NCBI GenBank assembly: GCA_964035545.1
Contig: OZ037767.1
Location: 5,224,707 to 5,288,706, forward strand
Reading direction: 5' to 3'
Length of the DNA stretch: 64,000 nucleotides
Origin: Bugula neritina
Taxonomy: Eukaryota; Animalia; Bryozoa
A program made the position numbers and the translations under genes. This document shows, piece after piece, positions 38,529-52,234 of the stretch. How positions within the stretch are numbered: the stretch's first letter is position 1; each line of letters begins with the position of its first letter. The notes below the pieces were generated by a model. The model did no database searches and was not told the DNA's origin. It saw only the letters and a program-made list of their open reading frames with translations.

Positions 38529-41500
38529 ATGTCAGATGTCAGCCGATCATGTTTCACAGAGGCTCACTTCTGCGTTATGCCTACTGGGACACAAAGCAAT
38601 GTATACGGGATGAGTCATTACACTACTCATGCTAGTAATTCCAAGTCAACATGTGAGAAAGTATTGATGGCATGTTTAAATGGTGACATCACACTGTTTG
38701 AATATGCCCTGTCAGACACCAATGAACCAAAACCAGAAAACAACCTGTTTCGAGCTCCATATATTTCTGGTGAGAGAATAATCTAATAAATGTGAATTGC
38801 TAAATTGATTCAGCCGGTCAGTGAAACAGCATTAGTATATTTATAATATATTTAATATAAATGTATTAATATTATATTTATATTTATATAGAAAGGCCAT
38901 ATTTTGGTTGTTATCACTACTGTGTTACTATGAAAATCTCAAAACCTCATTGCGTGGCCAGTTTGTAATTTGCCAAAAACTTTACATTGCCATGTCGCTG
39001 CTATTTCTTTTACTTTTAATTCTTTGCTAACTTTTATATGCTTTAGAAAATTCTGAGATAGTGTCCCTAGATTCCTTCACAAAACTCAGCGCAGCCACTG
39101 GGCAGTCTGTCATTGTGCTGGGTATTACTTTTATTAACAACATTGGTCAAGGGGCCAGTGGGTTCACTGCCATATACACAGCCCCTTTGAGACTTGAGAC
39201 TCCTTTCTATCGCTCTATGGAAATGGTAACAGGTTGGTCTAAATTTATCATCTCGTAATACAATTTGTGTTAATATTTTAGAGATGGTGCTCTTGAATGA
39301 TTATAATAGGCTCATCAGAGGTTAAATTGAAACAACATATATTTGTAAAACATAAATTTTGTTAAATTTAGTGTGGTTTCATGTTTTGTGTTACAAATCT
39401 TAGCCTGGTTATGTTTAGATAAAGGTTTGCCCGCAGCAATGGAAGGGATTCCCTGTCAGATCACCCATGCACAGTAAGTGTTCAGTTTGCATTATAACAT
39501 TGTAAAGTTTTAAGTGTGGATTTGAGGTGAATGACACTAATCTTCTTCTCTAACTAGTAAACACATAATTTAAGTTTTCGTATCAATATACAAGGCATTC
39601 TTATATTTCCAACTTCTAGTTTAATTATAGCATATTTATTATGTTTTTGGTATGTTATGATTATTTGCAGAGGAAACATATGGTCTAACACTTGGAGTAG
39701 TTTTGCTGAACATGAAAGTAATAATTAAGACGTTTGTTATGAAATGTTATTATTTTAGAATTTTCAAGCATGGGGTTTCTAGCACAGTGTTTCTTGTCAG
39801 CACGACATGTCCAAAAGTTCACTTGTTTAAAGAAGTAAGTTTCTAAGAATAATATAATTTTGTTATTTGCTGAATTTCAGTAATTAATGTTTTCAGCATC
39901 TAAAATCTAAACTTCAGGTCGGCGTACCAATGTTTCGAAGACTGCAGACTTTTGAGTCTGGAATTCCAGCTGTTTCTTTTTTTATTGATATCCAGTTATT
40001 TATATTCTTTCTGTTTTCGATGTTTAGACATACACTTAGTAGCATCAACATTATACACAGTTGCTGTATTATAAAGGATGAGGTTTTAGCACAATTTAAA
40101 GCCAAAATATAGAATATTAAAGCCTGTTTACAGTAAATACATATACATATTATGTTTTCTAACTGTATTATAGACTGTATGAGTCGTATCTGGCAGTGAT
40201 TACTGCGCAATTATTTGATATTTTCTAGAATATAGTTTGAGCATATAAGGCTGGCACTTTTTGGTGTTACCTTGTAATGTTTATGTTACCTGGTAATGTT
40301 GATGTTACCTGGTAATGCTGATGCTACCTTGTAATGTTAATATTACCTTGTAATGCTAATGTTACCTGGTACTGTTGATGTTACCTGGTAATGTTGCTGT
40401 TACCTAGTAATGTTGCTGTTACCTGGTAATGTTGATGTTACCTTGTAATGTTGATGTTACCTGGTAATGTTGTACTGGTAAACATGTTTCATCTGTCTTG
40501 GTAGAAGTTAGGCAAGAGCTCTGAAAGTACTTATAAGGAATCCTCTGTAGGGAAATATTTTTCTGAGTTGCAACGCGAGACTGAAAGCAGGTTTGTCCTT
40601 GACTTTACACAGACTTCTGAAGACCATGATGGGGGTCTTGTTGTTTTAATACACACCGCATGGTAACTAGTTAGAGTTTCAAAGATTCTTTTTTTGTCTA
40701 CATTTTGTCAAGCGTTTTGGTTTGCAAAAATCTGCCACAGATGTGCTTCCCAATGTTCCATAGAGTATATGGTATAATGATGGTCTATAGAATGCTAATA
40801 GAATGTATAGTATATGATATAATAATGAGCCTATAGATTGCTAATAGAATATGCTCTACAGTCTACTCTGTGAAACATTGTAACTGTATTGTAGTATTAG
40901 ATATATATTTTATATTATCTCCATGATTATAGACTAATTTAATGCCCTTTTGTAACTGTAGTATTTACTTCATGGATATTCTTTACTATGAAGACAACAA
41001 GTATCGTTTGACTTGTACGGGAACTGAACAAGGAAAGATAACTTTCTTTATGGTTGATGTCGCAGAAAACGGTGAGTGATTAGGTTGTGTAAAACTGAGG
41101 CTATGAACTCTGGCAGACAGATTTCGGTGTTTAAATTAGGGGCAGTAAAGGAGTTGGTTAGCATTACTCTGATGTTTTCAAGAATTACTCTGACCCTCCT
41201 ATAGATGCAATACTATGCTTTTTGTGTTAGTTCTGTCATTTTTGGGGTTTGTCATGTTAATTTACTTGTGATGACCTTTTTTGTTCAGCTTTTGTTATCA
41301 CTCATACTATATATGTGGTGATGTATACATCATATATATAGTATTAGGTAATTAATAATGTTTTTGTACATTTTGTATTAAATATTCTTTCACTCTGTTA
41401 GTCTGAGTCTCAAAATCTAAATTTAATTATGTGCTGATTAGAAAACCTGTAGAGCTGTATAAGTTTATATATTATGAAAATTGCTCTGCTGTTTTTATTT

Positions 41501-44500
41501 AACAAGGCACAGTCATTAAATATTTATTTATTAACCGGAATGTATGGTGAGAGCTGTTAGTAGTCGGGCAAATAGGTGTCAAAGTTCATCTGGGATTGTT
41601 TTGGATTGACTTTCAGTAAATATAGCCAAAAATGATGATGATTTCCGCAGAATTATTCAATGGTTTAGCATCTGTGTCAGCAATATCCTAGAAGAAGAAA
41701 CATGTTGTATTCTTGTTTTATTGATCAGCCATCTTGAAAGTATCAGAGTCGATTGGATTTGGTCCAGTGACAAGTGTCGTCATGTTCTCTGATGAACCAG
41801 ATGTGCCCATACCGGAGTACCTGCTACCTCTATATGGTATCCCATTAATATCTCTCTACTCACAATATATTGAGCATTTTAAAATATATAAGCACTCTTA
41901 CAGCATGTACACACATTGACTTTGCTATATGCCATTCATTTTGTATATGTTGCTTGTTTCGTTGACATTTTCATGTAAATACAGGACCAGACCAGCAAGT
42001 GTGCTGTGTATATGGATAATCTAGAGCAAATATAACTTGCTATGTTCACATTTTATTGTCTGTGTATATAGTTCTATTAGGTGAAATGTTACAAATTACA
42101 AATTCTTCAAGTTATATAAGTTTTCAAGCATTTCATTCAATTTTCAGATCACGTGTCAGCAGGTAAAAATACTGATGCTATGTTAACACTCATAGCATTA
42201 AATATTAAAACTATACCTATTTTGTTTCACTGCAACTCTTTGGCTACATGTTCTATTGACAGCTAGGTGCTCAGGCTAGGTGGTGGGTCGTACCCTGATT
42301 ATTTATTTCACGGTGTTTTTGCTCAATTTGAGTATTTCCTGACTTCTGTTGCTTCAATTGGCATGTGAACAGCATGTTGAGTATTTATGTGGTTCCCCCA
42401 TGTTCATAGGGCACCTTACTGCTATATTGTTATATTACTATATTACATATCTGTATATATTACATATCTGTATATATTACACCTCTGTATATATTACATA
42501 TCTGTATATATTACATCTTAGTATATATTACATCTCAGTATATATTACTATTACATCTCAGTTTATATTACATCTCAATATATATTACTATTACATCTCA
42601 GTTTATATTACATCTCTGTTTATATTACATCTCTGTTTATATTACATCTCTGTATATATTACTATTACATCTCAGTTTATATTACATCTCTGTATATATT
42701 ACATCTCTGTATATATTACTATTAAATCGCAGCATATATAATATCTCTGTTTATATTACATCTCTGTATATATTACATCTCTGTATATATTACATCTCAA
42801 TATATATTACTATTACATCTCAGTTTATATTACATCTCTGTATATATTACATCTCTGTATATATTACTATTAAATCGCAGCATATATAATATCTCTGTTT
42901 ATATTACATCTCTGTATATATTAATATTACACCTCAGTATATATTACATCTCTGTTTATATTACATTTCTGTATGTATTGTATCTCTGTATATATTACAT
43001 CTCTGTTTATATTACATCTCAGTATAAATTCCTATTATATCTCAGTATACAATGCCATTACACTGCAGTCCAATAAACTATCAGCTCTTTTAGTATTTCA
43101 TCAGTCTACCAGGACTCACTCTGTGGTTATTTTTCTATAGTTGCCATTTATACTACTCATAATAATATATTAGTCGTTTGCTAGCTACAGTCTTGTTGAG
43201 AGATCTCCATATATTCATATAATCTATAAACCAATTGTGAGGAAATTTATAAATATACGATGTACACTTTTCTTAAACCCATTGGCTCTCAAATCATTCT
43301 TCCCACACTGCGGCACTATAATGAATGCACGGAACACTAATGCTAGGCCATATAATGCTGCTGTAACCATAGTAACTATATTACTGATATTAGCTGGTGG
43401 AAAAGTTGTTGTAGTCACTTCGATATGTCAAGAGGAAAGTTTTTACCTAATTATATATTGCAATCTTTTGACTCCATAACTTTCATTTTTATCTGTTTCT
43501 AGTTTACCCATAATTTGCTAGTGTTTCCCTTTTTCTGAATGTTGATAGATAAGTAGCGGTCATGGCTAGGACGGTGTAGCACAACATTATTTCACTCTGA
43601 TTAAGCTACACAAAATAAGTATTGTAAACATATGAAGTTTATGTGTTATTAATTCAGATGGAGAAAGAAGGGAAGAACCCACTATCCACGTACTAATATG
43701 TCATGCACTAGAGGTGGCCAGTATTTACAGGTATTCAACCACATTGTAATCTATCTGTTGATTGCTTAATACTATGTTTCAGTAAATGCTATTGGTTGAC
43801 AATAATTGTGTAATATGTCTTGGTTTTGGGTTAAGTTTACTGTTATTTGCATACTTTTTTTAAACCCATTGATTGAGCCGTGACCTTTCTCCAAACAATA
43901 GGACCTAAATACTTAATATAGGGTGATAACTGTTTTACTGTGACTTTGCCACGCAGAGACATTAAGAAGAATGGTCTCGAGGACCAGATAGTGTTGAAAA
44001 GCTCCTACAACTACGACAGCGTGTTGTGCGGCTGTATTGCTGATGTGGATTTTGATGGACTCAATGAAATCATTTTAGGAACTTTTGGACAGGTCAGTTA
44101 CAACAAAAATTATAAATAACTATTTTCAACGTCTCACTTCTCACTCCTCAATTTTGATAAATATTCTGATTTTGTAGAAAATCTTAGCCTATAAGTTTGA
44201 TAGTTCTGCACCTAAAGAGGAAGCTACTTATCTTCTATGGGAACACAATCTACAGTATCCGATACACTCCCTAATAGCTGTTGACCTCACTGGTGACGGG
44301 GTCAAGGACTTGTCTGTTCTCTCTATGCGAGGATTACATATCCTACAGGTGATGATACAGTGTAATCAACTCTTAGGATTCGTAGTGCTAGGTTATATGC
44401 TCTAGGTTGTTTATGAACTGCTCAATAATTGCTCAATGTTAATAAAGAATGTTAAGCAAATATTTATACATTACACAATTAAAAATTTTGGGAATATCAA

Positions 44501-44771
44501 CCATCAAGTGGGAGATTTTATAAATTTTTAAATAATGCCGACATTATATAGTGTTAAGCTTAAGCTAGGTGTTTCTTTGAAAAATTGAATAGTTAGTAGA
44601 AGATGGGATTGCAATTTATTTGATTGTCTAATGGGCAACTATTTTATTACATTACAGAAGGACATCAACAAAGCTGCTGGACTGGTGAGTGAAAGGCTCA
44701 CAGATCTACAGAATAGCTTTAAAAAACTGGAACTTATTGAAGCTGATCATTCCAACGAATCTTTACCGTGA
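38529..44771 (+). CDS. KPTN: Kaptin (KICSTOR complex subunit), multi-exon
   Basis: TQSNVYGM, EIVSLDSFTK...VIVLGITFI, PCQITHA, STVFLVS...VHLFKE, FGPVTSVVMFS, GLEDQIVLKSSYNYDSVLCGCIADVDFDGLNEIILGTFGQ and AVDLTGDGVKDLSVLSMRGLHILQ, all colinear with human kaptin as recalled. Stop at 44769-44771. Confidence 0.94.
40264..40472. repeat. 19-bp minisatellite in a KPTN intron near an acceptor
   Basis: ATGTTACCTGGTAATGTTG, about 11 copies, ending ~30 bp before the acceptor at ~40504. Confidence 0.92.
42425..43050. repeat. 15-bp minisatellite (TATATTACATCTCTG) in a KPTN intron
   Basis: About 620 bp of tandem variants with some higher-order duplication. It explains the spurious ORF 42349-42741. Confidence 0.95.
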
Positions 44772-46089
44772 CCTTTGAACTAGGCCCATAGTGCTGCTAC
44801 TAGAACCACACTCTATATTCTAATGTGGTGACATTATGTTGTTGGTGCTTCACTTTTAATGTACAGAATGTAATTTATATACTTTATATTTGCGGAGGAA
44901 TTCCAGTTTCCAAATGCATTTGTATTTTGTAAATACTCCTATTAACTTTGCTATAGATCTATTTAGAAGTGCTTTAGGCTTTATTTTATCTAATAAACAA
45001 ATAATTTAAATGATTATGCATTGCATTGATTTTTCATTATTCATTATAATTTACGCCCTATTTTGAAAAACAGTTTCTTGAGTAACCATTGATCAGACCA
45101 TGAAAAAGTTTGATGATAAAATGTAAACCATTTGATCTATAAAGGGTAAATAGTTACTCGTTTGAATGAGCCGGAATACTCTAAAGTTTGACACTATGAA
45201 TTTTGATGTTACCACAAAGTATTATTACACTTGGCTTGCTAACTATTATGAACATGATTTTTGTTACCAGTAAATGACAGGCTATGATTATAAAATGTCC
45301 AACCGTAGCAAATAATTTTCGCAGCTGCTGTGGTAAGGGTAAGTCACAATCTATAAGAGCAACTATTAATGTATACATAGGGGCTGTAGTATATAAGAAT
45401 GAGTTGTGAAATGGACTTTGTTTGTCTTGTCTTGTAGTCTTACAGAGATACCATACAGGACAAACGTACAATAAAATATATACAAGACAAATAATGGTGG
45501 GTAAAGCTGAACAGCTTTGCTAGAAAAAGCAACCAATTTTGTGGATTTAGTATTGGTAGAAAATGCTATTTTTTTATTTGTTTGATCTACCTGAATCGAA
45601 TAGGAATTTCTGATGTAAAGGCAACAATGACCATAACATAAATTATATAGTGCAAAGTGTTGACCATCATTGATACGTGCAGCCTAGTAAGTGAAGGTTA
45701 GAAGATAATTCCCTAAATCCAAGTCATTACAACGCAACTACAATTATAATGACACCAAGTTGTGTTCTCACAAATTTTTAAGTGAGATAACTCTTGTCTT
45801 TTTTTAGTCGCTGAAACACTGAGCTGGAATTGAGTTCGTTGCGCTGAAATATCTATCAATTCATTTTTTTCGAGAACCTGGGCTAATAAGCTCAAAATAG
45901 TGTTGTGATGTCGTAAATTTTTGGAAATTTTGAAGCATGAACAACCTTCATTGGTTTTAACAATGACCAAAAATACAGCTTATAGCCTGTCAGTAGTTTT
46001 ACGTTTATGATTAATAATTATTAGTTAAAATACTGATCATAACTAGAAAACCAGAAGTAATCATCTAAATTAAAATTAGTAAAAATAGT

Positions 46090-46640
46090 AACTGTAGGTG
46101 ACCGAGTCTAAGACTGTGAGACTGAGCAGCCGCAGGCGTACGGCTAGCTCAAACTGTAGTTCACCAGTGGCAGTTGTAAAGTCAGAGTGTAAGAGTAACA
46201 GCAACACTTACACTAAGAGTAAGAGTAAGTCGAACAGTAACACTAGCAGTAACCGCAAGTGCCAAGTTGAGTAAATAAGTACTATTACTATTAGTAACTG
46301 TAAGTAGTAATACTTATACTTATAGTTATACTAATACCAGCTGTAGCACTAGCAATAGCTGTGTAATTACTAATTGTAAGTACTAAGATTAAAAGTAACT
46401 GTAAGTTTAACTTAAAATAAAATTACAAGTACTAGTAGTAGTAGTGCAAGTAGTAGTACTAGTACTGTATCATTAGCTGTAAGTCATATTCATATTGATA
46501 TTGATATTTTAATACTAATACTAATAGTAATAGTGACACTAATGGTAATACTGATAGTATTACTATTACTATTAGTAGTTCATATTCAAAAGAGTAAGGC
46601 TACGAGCGAGTCAAAGTGTAACACATCATGATGATGATTG
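46090..46640. repeat. Degenerate 6-bp-periodic tract upstream of the MBTPS2 ATG
   Basis: Example: taagag taacag caacac ttacac taagag taagag taagtc gaacag taacac tagcag taaccg caagtg. Confidence 0.8.
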
Positions 46641-46857
46641 GCTAAACTTGCCGGAAAACTAGCATTCTGTCACTTAACACTAGCGGACCTTAGCCGTCAA
46701 CTTTGACAAACTTTTAGATTTTTTTTCTGATTGCATTGTTCAATAGCAATACAATGCTTTACTTATAGATCTATGCAGTTTATGTAAAGGTGATGCCTGG
46801 AACATGAAATTTTCACTTGTCAAAGCTTTGCAAATGTAAAGTTGAATTAATGAAATA

Positions 46858-49800
46858 ATGGAAGCCTATCAATACTTGCTGTTAACTGTATGCACCTGGT
46901 GTGCTCTCTATTTAATTGATTCTTTTTTCAAGGTAAGTTGTGTATAATACTATTTGCAACCTTTTCATATATACCTTCCACATAAAAGAGAAACAAAGTC
47001 GGTTTGCTTTTAACAACATTAATTCTTGAAAGATATTATTGTGTACATAAAAATTCTGTTTAAGAGCGTCTTGTTGCAGATGCCCTAACTAAAAGTAGTG
47101 AATTTGCTGCCCATTTCTTCAATTAAAATTATAAATTTGACAGCAATCAGCTCTTCTAACTCATTCTTGCTTGTTCTTACTTTTACAGTTTAATGCTAGC
47201 AGATGGTGGCAAAACAAGTATCACAGAATTATCACAGAAAATGGAATAAGTTTTCATATTGGTCGGTGCCAGTGGTATACTAAAGCACTCAACAAACTGT
47301 TTATATATTTTGGCCAGCTTAGCCCAAGGTTTTTGGACAGGTGGTTTGATACAGGAGTGGTAGCCTCTCTAATCTGTGGCATTCTCTCTATTGTATTTCT
47401 TTGTATGGTGCCAATTAACACCTTACTTCGCACACAGAAAAGTGATGATCAGATTCTCAAACCAGTGGTAAGAGTTGTCTCTCTTTAAGACTAGAATGTG
47501 AATGTTTTCATATATATTGTTTATAATAAATGCGAAAACCTATGCCAATCTTGGAGAAAATATTTTCTGTAGATTCCTGGAGTAAATCTACCGAAGAAAG
47601 ATCTTGGTTATTACTTGGTTACTATATTCATCAGTGCATTGGTACATGAGTTTGGTCACGCTGTTGCAGCTGTGAGGTATACTAGAAAAGTTACTGTATT
47701 TGATGCCAAACTTTCCTTTGCCAAAGTTATGCTATAATTGAGAGAAATAACTATAAATGTTGTATGCATTTGAGCTGCAGGATATAAGTGTGAATTTAAG
47801 TGGGAAGCTAATTTATTTGTGCAACTTTGCAGTGCAATCTATTTGTGTTTGAATGCAAAAAAATAAGGTCTTTTATCTGGGACGGTTCATTATTGAAGTT
47901 TATCATAAAAAGATAAAAAATCTAATGAGGTCAAGTACCCTAGGAATATAAATTCTATTTTATAAAAAAAGAGAGCTGTGATGTATGTTTAACTGATGCT
48001 GCAATGCTTCCTTAAAATATTTTTGTTTTTAAAATGTACTTTTGAATTCTAAGAAATGATATATAATTCAAGTCTGTTTTTCTCAGAACATAAAGTTCTA
48101 TGGGCCAGAAGACCTTCAAGCTTTAATATGTATACAGAGACTCATAATAAGATTAATTCTATTGGGTTACAACCTACTAACTTGTTTGTGACATGAAAGA
48201 TCGGGTCATAACGTACTTCTCAGCTTCTCTAGTTTTAGCATCTAAAGTATTTACACCAATATGAAAATGTTATGTTCACTCACTTTATCTTAATAAATAT
48301 GCCTGCAATGTCCTAATCAGTATGATAATGCAATGTCGATACAATCAATTTATTTTAGAGAGTCTGTGAGAATCAACGGCTTTGGAATGTTTGTGTTTGT
48401 CATTTATCCTGGAGCTTTTGTCGACATGCATTCAGAAACGCTGTTTGCTGTGTCAGCGTGGAAACAGCTGAAGATATTTTGTGCCGGAGTTTGGCACAAC
48501 CTGGTTGTTGTGTTTATTGGAGCTCTGATGCTGTACAGTTTGCCCACCACCCTCCGGCCTTTCTACACACTGAATGAGAATCTTGTCATTGTGTCACATA
48601 CAGAGGTCAGTATATATCAGAATAGGTCAAAGCTCGCCTCTCATGGAGCCAAATTATGCGTGCATAACCATATGAAAATTACCTGCCTTACACAAAATGT
48701 TGTTGAAACTCAAGTGGCCAATTGTGTTTGTCAATAAATTTATTTTTATTTAATTGTAATACCTCACTAATGCAAAATTGACGTCAATAAAAAATATATA
48801 ACTGAAACTCAAAAGGTGGACTTGCTAAATGGTGATCAGCCAATTAGATCACTACCGCAGAAACTTTCCACAATATTCATTGAGCATTTTGTGTTTCACT
48901 GTTCCATTTCACAGATAGTTTTAAATCTTTTAAGTTAGGAGTTAGCAGCTTTCAACACATGTATTACTCGATCACAATGAATAGAACTAAAGGCAAGGTA
49001 GTGAAATATATTAACAAAGATTTGATTATCATTAAGCAGTGTCTACAGGCTATCAAACTCTAATGTCATCAAGGAGGGTGTATTTACAGAGATGAACACG
49101 CTGCAGCTCTACTTTGTATGCTACTGGCAAAGTATATTATAGTAATGATAAAATAGGGCAGTAATATGTCTCTATATCTGAAACATGAATAGTCAACACA
49201 GTGTATATATTCTGTGCTGAAATATTCCTCAGAACTCGGTTGTGTCTGGGGAATCAGGACTGGTTCCTGGGGATATCATCACACAGATTAACGACTGCAA
49301 AGTGAGCTCTATCCTGTCCTGGAGGAATTGTCTGACCTTGGCATTAGAATCCGATACAATGATGTCTTATGCTGTACCACAAAGTGTAATGGATGTTCAG
49401 AGCTCTCCTACGTCTTTAACAGGTGTTATACTTTACCAGAGTTTATTACAAGTATTAACATTATGTTACTTGAAGTTATCTTGCACTGTCTATGCTACAC
49501 TATGTGCATTTTTTTGTTTTGTATTCTTGCTTTGGTTATTCTCCAAGTGTTTAATGCTGTATTTAGATTTTAATAAAACTTGAGTGTAGACTTATCAATA
49601 TGTAAAGGCAAACAAGCTTTTATCTGTTCAACCAATTCTTAATACTCACGCCATGTTTCTAGATTCCTATTCACTTGCAGTTATTAAAATTATACTACTA
49701 TGCTACTATTTTGTAGAGAAAGACTGTGTATGTGGAGATACTGATAATCATATATGTTTTCAACGAAACTCCTTAGCTGTATCCCCTACAAATTCAAAGG

Positions 49801-51173
49801 TATGTGCTTTTAAATTGCAAGACATGTTTTAATTTAATAGATATAGGCTTTATTTATTTCAACTTATTTCAATATTATATTATGCAACTCAAATCTGCAG
49901 ATACCATAACCAAAGAAACAACCTGCTTTAAGATGCTGTTTTCAAATGTTGCTTTTCTCACCACAACTAATTCGATTTTACTGAAAGAATTTTTCAGTTA
50001 GCCATTTATTAGTCTCAAGGGGGTTGTATAAATACAACAGATTTGACATAACTTTATATTTACTTGGGTTACTTTGTTATATATATAAGTAACTTTTATC
50101 TGACAGGAAAACCTGATATGTTTAAAAGCTAGAGAAGTAATTATATATAGTCCATGCAAGGAGTTGTCTCCCTCTACGGTATGTGTAGCTCCCTACATCG
50201 GCCACCTTAACAATAAGACTAGACTATTAGTTCTCTACAGAACAAAAAAGCCTCCTGTACTTTTCTTTGGACACCCGGCAGAACTACATCTATCAGGTAA
50301 TGTTCTTCCTACCTGCCAATTACCTACCAGGTTTTATTCGTAAAACACAACTTATTTTAACATTCATGAATAATTTATAGAGTGCTAATGAATTAACGTT
50401 ATTTGTAACACTAATAAGCTACATGGTCGCTACTTTGATTGATTTGCACAGCTCTCGCTACAGTGTTTATACTAGCTTGTTTTATTGTAGTTATAATTGG
50501 TGAAGTGGTGCCTAGATTTTCATCCATTCCCCTCTTTCTACCTTACACATTAGAGAACCTATTCAAGTATCCTTTTCAATGAGCTTTAAGCTACAACTAT
50601 TGCCTAATGCACACTTTAATTTTTTCATTTAAATGTACATTAGTATTTTATAATTCACTATTCTATGAAAAGTGAAATAATATTATATCATTTAATATCA
50701 TGAATCCAATAATAATACCGTGTATTTGTAACTATTTGGCATCATCTTTGTTTCGGCTGTCCTAATAGCATGAGATGCAAGAAATTGTAAATTATTTACT
50801 GTTATTGTCAATTTCCCCCAAATTATATGTTGTTACTCATACCATATATATTCTTTGGAACTTGATGTCTGTGATTTACAGTAGTTCTTGAGGTCTTGTG
50901 AAAATTTTGGCAGACATGATTGTTTGAAAGTGTTGAATGAGCCTTAAATCAACTTTCAGATATTTCATATCGCTCTCTGGTGCCTTAGCCCTTCTGAATA
51001 TCGTCCCGTGCTATGCTTTAGATGGACAGTATATAGCCAAAGCCGTCACAGACATTGTATTCAATAACTTTACGGCTGACCAACGGGAAATTATACTAAC
51101 ACTGAGTGTTTTATGTGGCACATTACTATTGGTAGTTAATGTAGCACTAGCTATGTATAACCTATTGCTATGA
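46858..51173 (+). CDS. MBTPS2: Site-2 protease, M50 intramembrane metalloprotease (9 coding exons)
   Basis: IPGVNLP...LVHEFGHAVAAVRESVRINGFG, YPGAFVD, QLKIFCAGVWHN, a PDZ-like segment GLVPGDIITQINDC, a Cys-rich insert, and ISLSGALALLNIVPCYALDGQ (LDG zinc ligand). Confidence 0.97.
50567..50959 (+). other. U12-type GT-AG intron (last intron of MBTPS2)
   Basis: Donor GTATCCTTTT at 50567 and branch-like GCCTTAAAT about 10 nt before the AG at 50958-50959. Splicing gives LFK-YFISLSG. Confidence 0.85.
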
Positions 51174-52234
51174 TATGAACATGGTATGCAGAGATGGCAG
51201 TCTGTCCATATGATGCTATCAAACATACTATTTCTAGTCAATGTATGTATGTAGTTATATTTTGTACATAAATCCAAAATAAAATTTTATAAAATATTTT
51301 GTATGCACTGCCATTTTTATAAACCAAATATTATGCTAAATGCACTGTCAAAATAGTATAAATTAGATTGAAAATATTAATAATATAATTACCAAGTTGT
51401 TTATAACAAAAAGACACAGATTTCTGGTGCATATAAAGTATAAGCATGACACTGACTGATTAGAGAAAAGAATAGACTGTTTTGAAGCTGGACATAAGTT
51501 TTAAGCTGTACAGAAGTTGACTAGTTCGTAAGATTTCATACACAATCAAAGTGAGAAATTTGTAACTGCAAAAGTCTTGACTCATATTAACTTATCAAAA
51601 AATATTTACAATAATAGATACTAGAGTAAGCTGCCTATTACAATGTCTTGACTGTGAAAAATATGTAATGCCATTTAGGTAGAGGCTTTTTCAATGAATT
51701 TTTGGTTGCCTACACAAGGATTGTAGATTTAGCAAAAATTTCATCTAAGTAGGCTAGTTTATGATTACAAATTGGTGTGTTCACATATTTTAAGAAATGA
51801 TAGAAAAAACCTTCACTAATTCACTGTTTTTACTAAATTGAAATTCTCCTTTCTTTACTGTTAGAATCTGATTGCTTTAAATTGATAAATAAAATAAAAT
51901 TATGACAGAATTGAGTGGGACCATTCGGATGAGCAACCGAGCAAAAAGGGTGATCGTTTTTGAAACGCCTTCCAATAATAATTATCTGCAAACTAATATG
52001 GACAAAACGCCATGACATCTACTATCTCTTGGTATGGGACAAATTGAGAGATTTTTGACATGAGTTTACTGATTAAAATGTACCAGATTTTTATGATGCG
52101 ACTACTGCATTTACCATTATATGTCAACAAATCTGACTAACATTTCTAAACACTAGGGAAGGTCAATGAAAACACAAATAACAAAATCGTTACCAGCTAA
52201 GCATCAGCACATGGTAGCTGAACCCAGCTAGAGA

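Noticed and set aside
41837-41846. KPTN donor GTATCCCATT resembling a U12 5' splice site
   Set aside because: It deviates from GTATCCTT at +7, and I saw no CCTTAAC-like branch before the downstream acceptors. Treated as U2-type.
42349-42741. Tyr/Ile-rich ORFs (also 53685-54072, 58919-59173 and 59422-59619)
   Set aside because: Translations of minisatellites or AT-rich low-complexity sequence.
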